Positions 40,373-49,319 of a stretch of 64,000 nucleotides of DNA are shown piece by piece (within the stretch, counting starts at the first letter, position 1; each line of letters begins with the position of its first letter). The position numbers and the translations under genes are program-made. The notes under the pieces were generated by a model, which was not told the DNA's origin, searched no databases, and saw only the letters and a program-made list of their open reading frames with translations. Source of the stretch: Candidatus Atabeyarchaeum deiterrae. GTDB taxonomy: Archaea > Asgardarchaeota > Atabeyarchaeia > Atabeyarchaeales > Atabeyarchaeaceae. Location: assembly GCA_037310415.1 (NCBI GenBank), contig CP147780.1, forward strand, positions 1,824,001 to 1,888,000, read 5' to 3'.

Positions 40373-40849
40373 TCAAGGACCTTTCAAGAGCATCACGATT
40401 CCAAAAGTGAACAGCAAGGCGCCAGCGACCAAATCGAGGTAGAGCCCGATTCCTATGGCGGCCAGAGATGATAATTCTACCGCAATCGCTTGAGCCATAG
40501 GCAAGTATATGAGCAAACTTCCTGCAAACACCGCTAGGCCCATAGTTGATACCAAGACTGACAAGATCTTGGTCCTGCCAGCCATTGATCGAACCTGTGC
40601 AAGCGCTGAGAATATCACAGCAAATATGGCACCGGCTAAAACAAGATATACAAGAGGAAAAGGTACGTTGACAAGCGAACCGTCATAAAAGTCTGCAAAC
40701 TGAAACACTGCCAAACCGCCCCACACAAAGAATCGGGACACATCGTTCACCACAGCGTATGGTAGGAACATCACCCCGATGAGGCTCAAGATCCCCATGA
40801 TGAGATTCAGACTTGCCCAGTAATGTGCGCCGCTCGACTTTTTACTCAT
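40373..40849 (-). CDS. 4-TM membrane protein
   Basis: Four TM; GIGLYL before the last helix; GGAGAGG upstream. Confidence 0.75.
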   Translation of the reverse strand: MSKKSSGAHYWASLNLIMGILSLIGVMFLPYAVVNDVSRFFVWGGLAVFQFADFYDGSLVNVPFPLVYLVLAGAIFAVIFSALAQVRSMAGRTKILSVLVSTMGLAVFAGSLLIYLPMAQAIAVELSSLAAIGIGLYLDLVAGALLFTFGIVMLLKGP

Positions 40850-41576
40850 TTGTTATTACCCTCTCCAATTGCTGGTTAATCATCGCGTTGCCTAAAGGAT
40901 GTTGCACCACTAATAAGCATTTCTACCTGTTGAGCTGCTATACTAGCCATACAGAATGCAAAAAATGAAAACATGCACAGAAATCGAGGTGTGGTGCTCA
41001 AGAGTTTGGGCAAGTAATTACTTGTCCATGATGCCAAACGAAGTATGAACCAGTAGCCACGTTCGAAGACATTATCTCGTTATGTGGTGCTCAGTTTGAG
41101 ACACAATTTGCGTACCGAACTATGAAAGGCAAAGCATTACCGCCTGACTGTTGAGAGTACCGCGCACTACGGAGCGTACGTTGCGGAATAGTTAGAACGC
41201 GCGTCATAGCTACGCCAGCGCACGATCTGGGAAACCTTCCGTCGAAATTTCCTGAGACCCTAGTAACAAGTTAATTATGTTGCTGAATTGTCCTTACGGT
41301 TCGATTCTGGATTACAGTTTCGCGGGGGACATTACTTCGGTTGACAACTCATGCGAACTTTTGAGAAGTCGGTTCTCGACCAAACGAAAACGCTACGCAA
41401 CCACTTTGTCGTTCAAAGCGGATCTAAGAATTTGAATTAAGTCTCGAAACCAATATAAATCTGTTATTCTAATCCCATTCCTCATTCATGATAACCCAAC
41501 TTTCGAATGGAACTCCGTGCTTATCACAATCTTCCGGATATTCACGTGTAACAATCATAAGTGAGGGAAGAAAAAG

Positions 41577-42962
41577 GTGACCTCGAAATACGATGTCGTT
41601 GTGGTTGGTGCAGGACCCGGAGGTTCTCTTGCAGCTAAGACGGCAGGCGAAATGGGTCTGAAAACAGTCTTCATTGAACGGGGAAGAAAGCCAGGCGACA
41701 AAGCTTCCTCTGGGTGTGGGTTGCCGCCAAGAATGTGGCGGGAATTTGATTTCATGAAAGAAGTGGACATGCCAAGTGTGAAGATAATGTACCAGACGTT
41801 GCATATGCTCGACGAATCGTTGAACGAGAGATTCACCATGCGTTGGTCACCGAGCGATCTAGGGGAATACGCCGAGGCACGAGAATTCTTCCAAGTTAAC
41901 GTGTATCGTCGATACTTCGATCAATTCCTAGCAAGACTCGCGACAGAAGCCGGCGCCGAACTTAGAACTTCCACGCTTGTAACAAACGTCATTAAGGACT
42001 CCGAAGGTCGAGTTGCTGGAGTCATTACTGACAGAGGCGAGAAGATAGAGGCAGACGTCACAGTTGCAGCTGACGGGGCTATTTCACAGATCGCCTATCA
42101 GGCTGGTTTGCGGGAGAAATGGAAACAAGACGAGATCACCCTAGTTGTGGACTGCGATTTCAAGGCGTCCAGACGAAAGATGGATGAAGTATTAGGTTCA
42201 GACGAGTACGGCAACCATGTTTATGTCTCACCGCTCTATCCAGCAGCGTATGTTGCGACAATGCCCGAAGGATTCCATGTAGGATTCGGTCAATGGCTGG
42301 GGCGATTCACCAGAAGATCAAGCAGGAAACCCTACGAATATCTTCAAAATGCCGTCAACTCAAGACCATTAAAGAGATTTATGGAGAAAGTGCAGGCCAA
42401 ACCGAGAGAATTTCACGCACATCTGCTCCCATGGATGCCGAGGCTACCAACAAAGACGTTCGGCAACGGAATAATGCTTGTTGGTGACGCAGCTGGTTTC
42501 CCGTGTCCGCTTGAGGCTGAGGGGGTTGACTATGCCATGGTTTCTGGCAGAATTGCGGCTCAGGTTGCTGCAGAAGCAATCACTAATGAAGATGTGTCAG
42601 TGACCGGTCTGCAACTCTACGAGAGAAGGTGGAAGAACTCAACAATAGGTGAAGAATTCTCAGCCGCAAGAGAGTGGGCTCAGCTTTGGGCTGGAATCTT
42701 CTTCGATCCTCCCCAATGGAAAAAGATCACGCCATTAGCCAACAACCTGATGTTCTGGGCAAGCTGGTCAAGCCCACATATAAGGAACCTCAAAAGAGAA
42801 CTGTCAGATTATTCGAAGAACATTCCGTTCCTTTTTGAATTCATAAAAAGCTACGTGTTACCGTTAGCGCAGAGGTCTCGGATCCCTATGTTCAGGACTT
42901 TCATGAAACTAGGAATTCAGTGGCTTAGAACAAGAAGAAAAGAAGGTGTATTGAGCCAGTAG
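41577..42962 (+). CDS. FixC/geranylgeranyl reductase-family FAD oxidoreductase
   Basis: VVVGAGPGG, RRYFDQFL, AADG, LVGDAAG..EGVDYAMVSG. Confidence 0.9.
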   Translation: MTSKYDVVVVGAGPGGSLAAKTAGEMGLKTVFIERGRKPGDKASSGCGLPPRMWREFDFMKEVDMPSVKIMYQTLHMLDESLNERFTMRWSPSDLGEYAEAREFFQVNVYRRYFDQFLARLATEAGAELRTSTLVTNVIKDSEGRVAGVITDRGEKIEADVTVAADGAISQIAYQAGLREKWKQDEITLVVDCDFKASRRKMDEVLGSDEYGNHVYVSPLYPAAYVATMPEGFHVGFGQWLGRFTRRSSRKPYEYLQNAVNSRPLKRFMEKVQAKPREFHAHLLPWMPRLPTKTFGNGIMLVGDAAGFPCPLEAEGVDYAMVSGRIAAQVAAEAITNEDVSVTGLQLYERRWKNSTIGEEFSAAREWAQLWAGIFFDPPQWKKITPLANNLMFWASWSSPHIRNLKRELSDYSKNIPFLFEFIKSYVLPLAQRSRIPMFRTFMKLGIQWLRTRRKEGVLSQ

Positions 42963-42965
42963 TGA

Positions 42966-43253
42966 GTGGTGGAAATGAAAGAAAAAGAGCTCGAGCTAAG
43001 GACACTAGTGAGGCGGACCGGTGAAACGGGTGAATTCATACGTCAAGACAAGTCAAAGTGCACAGGTTGCGGGAAATGCGCCAAGATCTGTCCAATGGAG
43101 CTTTGGAGCATGAAGAAAGGCAAAGCTCTCATCGTAAAAGACTATGCTAAAAAGTGCGTTGAATGCGGAAGCTGCTGGCTTGTCTGCAACTTCAACGCCA
43201 TAGACTTCAGCTACCCCAAAGGAGGGACTGGAGTGACTTGGGAGTATGGCTGA
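42966..43253 (+). CDS. FixX-like 2x[4Fe-4S] ferredoxin
   Basis: CTGCGKCAKICP, CVECGSCWLVC, YPKGGTGV..EYG (FixX-type end). Confidence 0.9.
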   Translation: MVEMKEKELELRTLVRRTGETGEFIRQDKSKCTGCGKCAKICPMELWSMKKGKALIVKDYAKKCVECGSCWLVCNFNAIDFSYPKGGTGVTWEYG

Positions 43254-43306
43254 TACAAGACGACAATGACCGAAGTGACACGAACTCGAGATAAACATCA
43301 TACTGC

Positions 43307-43651
43307 CTAGATCTGGCTCCCTTGTCTCAGATCTTTACCACGCATGAGTGTCGCAACAATAATCTTCGAAGCTAACTTACTGTCGAGCACTATTTTGAAG
43401 TCTCTTACTGATACTTCTAGAGATCCGTTGGAATGAGAAGAATTCGTCAGGGTGACCTCGGTTCCGATAGGCACCCCCAGTTGTGTGATCCTTTGTACTG
43501 CTCCCCACCTGGAAGCGCAGTCGGTGGTGCAACTCACGCCCCTGCGTGCTCTTCTTTTGCCCCTTTCAGGGCAGTTCTCTGTCTCGACATCCACTACGAT
43601 CCCAGTCTCTCCTTCGGCCAACTCAGTTAGGTATCTCTCCGTTCTTTGCAT
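43307..43651 (-). CDS. FeoA domain protein
   Basis: LTELAEGETG.V..QRITQLGVPIGTEV..ASKIIV. Confidence 0.75.
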   Translation of the reverse strand: MQRTERYLTELAEGETGIVVDVETENCPERGKRRARRGVSCTTDCASRWGAVQRITQLGVPIGTEVTLTNSSHSNGSLEVSVRDFKIVLDSKLASKIIVATLMRGKDLRQGSQI

Positions 43652-43657
43652 AGTAGA

Positions 43658-46240
43658 TCAACTATCCGAGGCTTTTTGTTGTTTCTTGCTGACAAGCTTC
43701 ATCGTTTTTATCTCATGCTTGGATACCGGCAGTTTGACAGTTCCCTCTTCTGTAGCGAGGTTCGGGCCCTGTTTCTCCAAAAGGTCGGTTTCGGTAGCTT
43801 CACTCAGAGCATCGGCGGTTTGTAAAGTGGCTTCTGTGTCTTTTCCAGATGTCTCATAGAATCTGAGAATGGTGCTATCCGAGTCTTCTGCTCTCTTTAT
43901 CACTGTGACGATTATGTTGTCTGGGTGAACCGAAACGAAGGAGTACGACTTTGGGAGAACCCCCTTGTGATTGGGTTCAACGTGCGAAATCAGTGGGTAG
44001 TTGAATTCATATGCTTTTTTGGTTGTGAGAGCTCCTTTGAAGTCAGATCGGTGGGGGTATAACGCATAAGCGACGTAGTGTGGACCTTGGTCGCTTATCT
44101 CAGACGCATCCTTACTGTCCACGGGCAGACCGAAGATCCTGCCCAGTTCAGCTGGGCTTTTGGCGCTTCTTAGAAGAGTCATCCTCAACGTATCGTTGGC
44201 AACGTCGAAGCCATATTTGCAGTCGTTCAAGAGACTCACGCCGAAGCTTCCATCCTCACTACTGTGATCGATCCACTTCTGTGCAGGAACCTCGTATTTC
44301 GCTTTCTCCTCTGGCGTAGCTTCAGGAGAACTGGGATCCCGCCGAGTGATATGACCATAGGGTGCTTCGTACGTCGTGAAGTGACTGTGAATGGCGACAG
44401 GAAAAGCAACTTTTGCAAGCCTGTGTGCGGCATGCCAATCCACATTTAGCTTAAACTGAACCGATGGTATCCCTTTGTGGAGCATTATGTCTTGAGTGAA
44501 TACTGAGTCCGGACGTCCCTCTTGAGCGTATTTGTATTTCACGGTGACTCTTGCTCTAACTGGTCCCTCCTCGACGAGTTTCACCTCAAGTGGCTCCTTC
44601 AATTCTATGCAATGAATCCCGCCTTTCTGCTGGTAGATGTAGATTTCCCACGCGTCGAATATTTGAGCGTCAATTGGAGAATTGACTGCGGTTCTTCCGC
44701 GTACTGGTTCATCCTCGAATACATGGATTTTGTTTCCCTGTTCTCGAAGAGTCTCCTTTCCGTTTTTCTTGTTGAGAATGCTGTTTACGAGTCCGGTCCG
44801 CTTGTCCACTTTTATTATCAGAAACTCGTTCTCGAGTTTGATTTCCTTGTCGTATTCTTCTGCAGATAGGCTAGTTGACAGTTTCTGTCTTACATGTCCA
44901 GTTCTCCTGGCTTTGTATTCTTTGTATCCGACAGATGGTACATCTTCCGCGATGAATAGAACCGTATCATGTTCATCCAGAATCTGCGACGGAACGATCC
45001 GTTCCTTGTCATCATATATTTCGAACACATTTCCTAACTGAGTTGCAGGAACTTCAACAACATCAGTTCTTGGCCACGACAAGGAATTGAAGACCAGAAT
45101 AGACCTGCCCTGCTCTGCTGTATCAACCTTAGCTGCGATTGCCTTCATGGATTCCTGCACTATTGAGTCTGACTTGCTGAAGATTGACTCGAAGAGCTGT
45201 TCAGAGTCTCTGTATACTTCAGGTATCGCCGACCCTGGAAGAACGTCATGGAATTGGTTCAGAAGCAGTGTCTCCCAAACCTCTTTAAGCGCTTTTTCTG
45301 GATACTCGTAGCCATATTTGCTTGCCAATGTCGCGAGCTTCTCAGCTGTCTCGAGGAGGCATTCCGCCTTCCTGTTGTTCCTCTTGACCTTGGACTGATT
45401 AGTGTATGTGCCTCTATGAAATTGCAGATATAACTCATCCTTAACTTCAGGAGGCTTCTTGATCTTCTTGGCTATCATTCTTAGGTACGTGTCGGCTGTA
45501 GAGAATATCGCTTTGAAATGCTTTTTTCCTTCCACGAATGTTAGTGCCCTTTTGATCATGTCTTCTGTGACTCCGCCGCCGTGGTCTCCGGTTCCGAAGA
45601 GAACAAGCAAATCATCGAGTTTCTGTCGGGATTTGAGGAGTTCAATTTGCTTCAGGATTTCCGATTGCCCTACGTCCTCACTATATGTTCCGACTGTCTG
45701 ATGAGCTAATACTGAGGATCCGTCTGGAGCGATCCATCTGAAGAAATAGTAAGGAAAGACAGTCGTATCGTTCCAACTAAGTTTCTGCGTGAGGAAGAGT
45801 TCAATACCTGCCCCCTTCATTATTTGTGGCAGGGTGCACGCGTATCCGAAGGAGTCAGCCATAAAGCCGATTTTCACTTCAACGCCAAACTTTTCATTGA
45901 AGTATTTCTTACCGTAAAGGAGTTGTCTCACGAATGATTCTCCAGAGGGAAGATTTCCGTCTGGCTCAATCCACATGCCCCCGACAATCTCCCAGCGCCC
46001 TTCCTTCACTCTTCTCCTAACCTTTTCGAAGGTTTCGGGATGCTGCTCCTCCAGCCACTTGTAATACTGGGCGCTACTTTGACAGAAGTAGAAATCAGGG
46101 TACTTCTGCATAAGCCTGAGGATTGATTCGCAAGTATCATAAAATACCCGCATTGATTCGCTGAAGGGCCACAACCATGCGGCATCCAAGTGACTGTGCC
46201 CCAGAAAATAACAGGTTCCACTAACTTTTCGCGAAGTCAT
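43658..46240 (-). CDS. GH38 alpha-mannosidase
   Basis: HSHLDAAWLW, DSFGY, GDHGGG, HRGTYT, NQFHDVLPGS, NDCKYG. Confidence 0.96.
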   Translation of the reverse strand: MTSRKVSGTCYFLGHSHLDAAWLWPFSESMRVFYDTCESILRLMQKYPDFYFCQSSAQYYKWLEEQHPETFEKVRRRVKEGRWEIVGGMWIEPDGNLPSGESFVRQLLYGKKYFNEKFGVEVKIGFMADSFGYACTLPQIMKGAGIELFLTQKLSWNDTTVFPYYFFRWIAPDGSSVLAHQTVGTYSEDVGQSEILKQIELLKSRQKLDDLLVLFGTGDHGGGVTEDMIKRALTFVEGKKHFKAIFSTADTYLRMIAKKIKKPPEVKDELYLQFHRGTYTNQSKVKRNNRKAECLLETAEKLATLASKYGYEYPEKALKEVWETLLLNQFHDVLPGSAIPEVYRDSEQLFESIFSKSDSIVQESMKAIAAKVDTAEQGRSILVFNSLSWPRTDVVEVPATQLGNVFEIYDDKERIVPSQILDEHDTVLFIAEDVPSVGYKEYKARRTGHVRQKLSTSLSAEEYDKEIKLENEFLIIKVDKRTGLVNSILNKKNGKETLREQGNKIHVFEDEPVRGRTAVNSPIDAQIFDAWEIYIYQQKGGIHCIELKEPLEVKLVEEGPVRARVTVKYKYAQEGRPDSVFTQDIMLHKGIPSVQFKLNVDWHAAHRLAKVAFPVAIHSHFTTYEAPYGHITRRDPSSPEATPEEKAKYEVPAQKWIDHSSEDGSFGVSLLNDCKYGFDVANDTLRMTLLRSAKSPAELGRIFGLPVDSKDASEISDQGPHYVAYALYPHRSDFKGALTTKKAYEFNYPLISHVEPNHKGVLPKSYSFVSVHPDNIIVTVIKRAEDSDSTILRFYETSGKDTEATLQTADALSEATETDLLEKQGPNLATEEGTVKLPVSKHEIKTMKLVSKKQQKASDS

Positions 46241-46538
46241 TTTCTATCACTACCTGATCCATATTGATGGGCAGATCCACAATCACGCTCTTTTGAGTAA
46301 GGTTGAGGAGGGTTAATTCTTATGAAGAGTTTGACAGGGTTTAATTAAACAATAGTCGAGAATGGTGCCAGAAGTGTGGGTCTTACGGAGATGATAGACG
46401 CTTATCTGTTCTCCATTTGGCTCGCATCGAAAAAGAAAAGGAGGATTATTCAACAAAGGGTCAGTGCTTTCTAACCGATTCTTATTCAGTTTCTTTGAGT
46501 GTTGGCATTTCTGCGATCTGTTTCATGAGATCTCACAG

Positions 46539-46865
46539 TCACTTCTGTGGCTCCTTTGCCTGCCTCTTGGCAACGAGGAGCATGCCATAAACACAAACAA
46601 TCGTTACCATGACGGCACCGAACGCGAATAACAACCACTGGAGTCCCTGCCCTGGGGCTAAGCTGTTCGATGTCAATATTCCCATCGCGTTAAACGCCTG
46701 CACGACGACCTGAGTCCACACAAAACCGATGGTAATACCGAATGCCGTTCCTATGGAAGTGATCATTTGCTTCCGGACCTCTGACCAAGGTACCTTCTGT
46801 AGGACATCTGTCGGCACATATTTCTTCAGTCTGTCTCTCGTTGATTTTTCTTCTGAGTCGGACAC
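46539..46865 (-). CDS. DUF5654-like 2-TM protein
   Basis: ITSIGTAFG....VWTQVV plus a second TM. Confidence 0.65.
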   Translation of the reverse strand: MSDSEEKSTRDRLKKYVPTDVLQKVPWSEVRKQMITSIGTAFGITIGFVWTQVVVQAFNAMGILTSNSLAPGQGLQWLLFAFGAVMVTIVCVYGMLLVAKRQAKEPQK

Positions 46866-47096
46866 GGCTCTATCACCTCAAAGTTATTCTGAGTTGTTAC
46901 CTAATAGCTCACCTTAAATAAACCTTTTCTCAACTCGTGGCGGGCTTTTCGTCTTGCCAGAAGATCTCGAGTGTTGGAAGTAGACGGCAGCGATACGAAC
47001 AGCTGTCCTTGTGACTAGCCGAGCGCGCACTGATGATCAAGGATACTGCTATTCTGCCCCAACTGGACGTGAAATCTTCTTGTGTCTTCTGTGTGT

Positions 47097-47504
47097 TCAT
47101 GGCGCCAATGTGATGTTAATGTATTGAATGAACCCAAGGATCAGTGCAATGAACCAAAATGTAGCAGTTATCCGCATCCAGCGCCGGACGTTCTTTGGTT
47201 TCTTGTTGAAGACGAAAGCTATACCGAAAATCAATCCCAGCGCTCCAAAGATTCCATGAGCCATAGCCAGTAGCAGAGTAGTGAGCGCTAGCGTCCCTGG
47301 CGAGCTCAGAAACACTATTTCACTCGGGATCATGACCAGAAACAGTCCAACTAGGTTCAATACGATTGCTACGGCAATCCAGTTTCTGTGTTTGTTAGTG
47401 CCTTCCTTGGTTCCCTGCTTGGCGTATCTTATGGCAACGATGAGGATTATGAAGACGGCTATCTGCAGTATCAGATTGAGTGTTGATGTGATTAATATTG
47501 GCAT
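47097..47504 (-). CDS. DUF420-like 4-TM protein
   Basis: His in KHRNW and AHGIFG; four TM. Confidence 0.65.
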   Translation of the reverse strand: MPILITSTLNLILQIAVFIILIVAIRYAKQGTKEGTNKHRNWIAVAIVLNLVGLFLVMIPSEIVFLSSPGTLALTTLLLAMAHGIFGALGLIFGIAFVFNKKPKNVRRWMRITATFWFIALILGFIQYINITLAP

Positions 47505-47582
47505 GATTCTGACCTATTTATGACCATTCATATAAGAGTTTACTTGACAGAGGGTGCGAGGACTAGTTAAAAGTCGGCGGGC

Positions 47583-49007
47583 TCAGTTCTTCATTTTCGG
47601 GGAAGCTTCCAAACTAGATCGTTTTCCTCGTACCTTCCCTCTTGCGAGCGAGGCAAATATGCCAATGAAGCATAGCACAGCAAATGTGGCGAATAGTAGC
47701 TTCATGCTTTCAGTAAGCAGTGCTGGGTACCCAGAGTCAAAGGGCAACACCCCTCCTATGACTAAGCTGAAGAACATTGTTGCAATGCCAAGGCTAAGGG
47801 ATTGCCCCACGAGCCGCATCGTTCCAAGTGTCGCCGAGGCAACTCCGTAATAATTCCTATCTATTGAGCTCATGACAGCGTTCGTATTGGGCGACGAGAA
47901 AAAGGCAAATCCCAGACCCAAGAACATCAAGCTCGCAATAATGTAAGACAAAGCCGTGTCTGCACCTGTGAGGCTCAGGAAATAAAGTCCGCCGGCAGTC
48001 ACTGCCATCCCTAGTGAAGAGACTATTCGCGGTTCAACTCTGTCTGAAACCCAACCTGCAAGAGGCGAGAAAACTGCCATCATAATAGGTTGCGACACGA
48101 GAATCAGGCCGGCGTATTGGGAATCGAACCCTCTCACGTTCTGCAGGTATAGGCTCATAAGGAAGCTAACTGCGAAGGTTGCGCTATAGTTTATTAATGC
48201 GGCAAGATTAGAGAAAGCGAATGTGGCGTTATGTCTGAAGAATTTCATATCTAGCACAGGATATCTTGTCCTCGATTCCCGGATAATGAAAGCTAGGAGA
48301 CCAGCAACACCCGCCCCGATTGACCACAAAGCCAGTACGGACGGTAGTAAAGTGAAACCGAGGATTACGGTCAGAATTGTTAACCCGTAAAGGGTGGACC
48401 CGATAGAGTCGAACTTTTCTCCTTCTGCCCCAACCCACTCTCCCTTCAGCAATGAGAAGAGGGCGACGATTATTACTAGATCGAGGATCAATATGAATAT
48501 GAATGCACTTCTCCAGCCTAAGTTCTGTGTTAGAATGCCGCCAAGGAATGGTCCTATTGAGAGTCCGATGTAGGTCGAGGCCGTGCTTATCCCAAGAGCT
48601 TTGCCTCTTTGTTTGGGAGGATATACTGCAATGAGAATCGCTATGCTTGTGCCGAATATCATTGCATCTCCAAATCCTTGCAGGAACCGGAACGAGATAA
48701 GCCAAGGTGCAGAGATCGACATGGCGCAGAAGACAGTTGCAGCTGTGTCAATCAGTATTCCATATCTGTAGATTCGTTTTCTTCCGTGAATATCAGCGAC
48801 CTTTCCAAAAGGAACCAGAAACATTGCAGCAGCAAGTAGGTAGGCTGTTGCGACCCAGCTTACAGTGGCTGTGTCAATGTTGAACTCGCCTTGAATGGAG
48901 GGCGCAGCAACATTAATCGAAGACCCCATGAAGGGTGTAAGGAAAGAACTCATTGAAGCGATTATGAGGGCAGCCCTTCTGATCTTGGCAGGATACTCCA
49001 TTTGCAT
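47583..49007 (-). CDS. MFS transporter (DHA2-like, 14 TM)
   Basis: GKVADIHGRKR, RFLQGFG, GPFLGG, SSPNTNAVM. Start approximate. Confidence 0.93.
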   Translation of the reverse strand: MQMEYPAKIRRAALIIASMSSFLTPFMGSSINVAAPSIQGEFNIDTATVSWVATAYLLAAAMFLVPFGKVADIHGRKRIYRYGILIDTAATVFCAMSISAPWLISFRFLQGFGDAMIFGTSIAILIAVYPPKQRGKALGISTASTYIGLSIGPFLGGILTQNLGWRSAFIFILILDLVIIVALFSLLKGEWVGAEGEKFDSIGSTLYGLTILTVILGFTLLPSVLALWSIGAGVAGLLAFIIRESRTRYPVLDMKFFRHNATFAFSNLAALINYSATFAVSFLMSLYLQNVRGFDSQYAGLILVSQPIMMAVFSPLAGWVSDRVEPRIVSSLGMAVTAGGLYFLSLTGADTALSYIIASLMFLGLGFAFFSSPNTNAVMSSIDRNYYGVASATLGTMRLVGQSLSLGIATMFFSLVIGGVLPFDSGYPALLTESMKLLFATFAVLCFIGIFASLARGKVRGKRSSLEASPKMKN

Positions 49008-49319
49008 CCTTCCGTCTTTGGTTTTTCTATTCAGGAAGATTGAATCCAGCGACAGGATTGCCGAAACAACTGTTTGATAGTCGACCATTTAAGAACGAGA
49101 AGAGACTGATTTTGCCCTCTGGAAAGAGAGAGCGCGCATATAAGAATATGGGTGTTCGCCCCAGTCTCGTTGAATCCAAGAAATGGTGAGAACATGTACG
49201 GCAAACTGGCAAGCTCTCTGTGCTCGCGGGTTGAACTGGGTACTGATTGAGAACATAGTTCAAAGAGAAAAAAAGGAGGGATTTGTGGCAGTTCGCGCGT
49301 TTCTGACTTTGTCGTTTTC

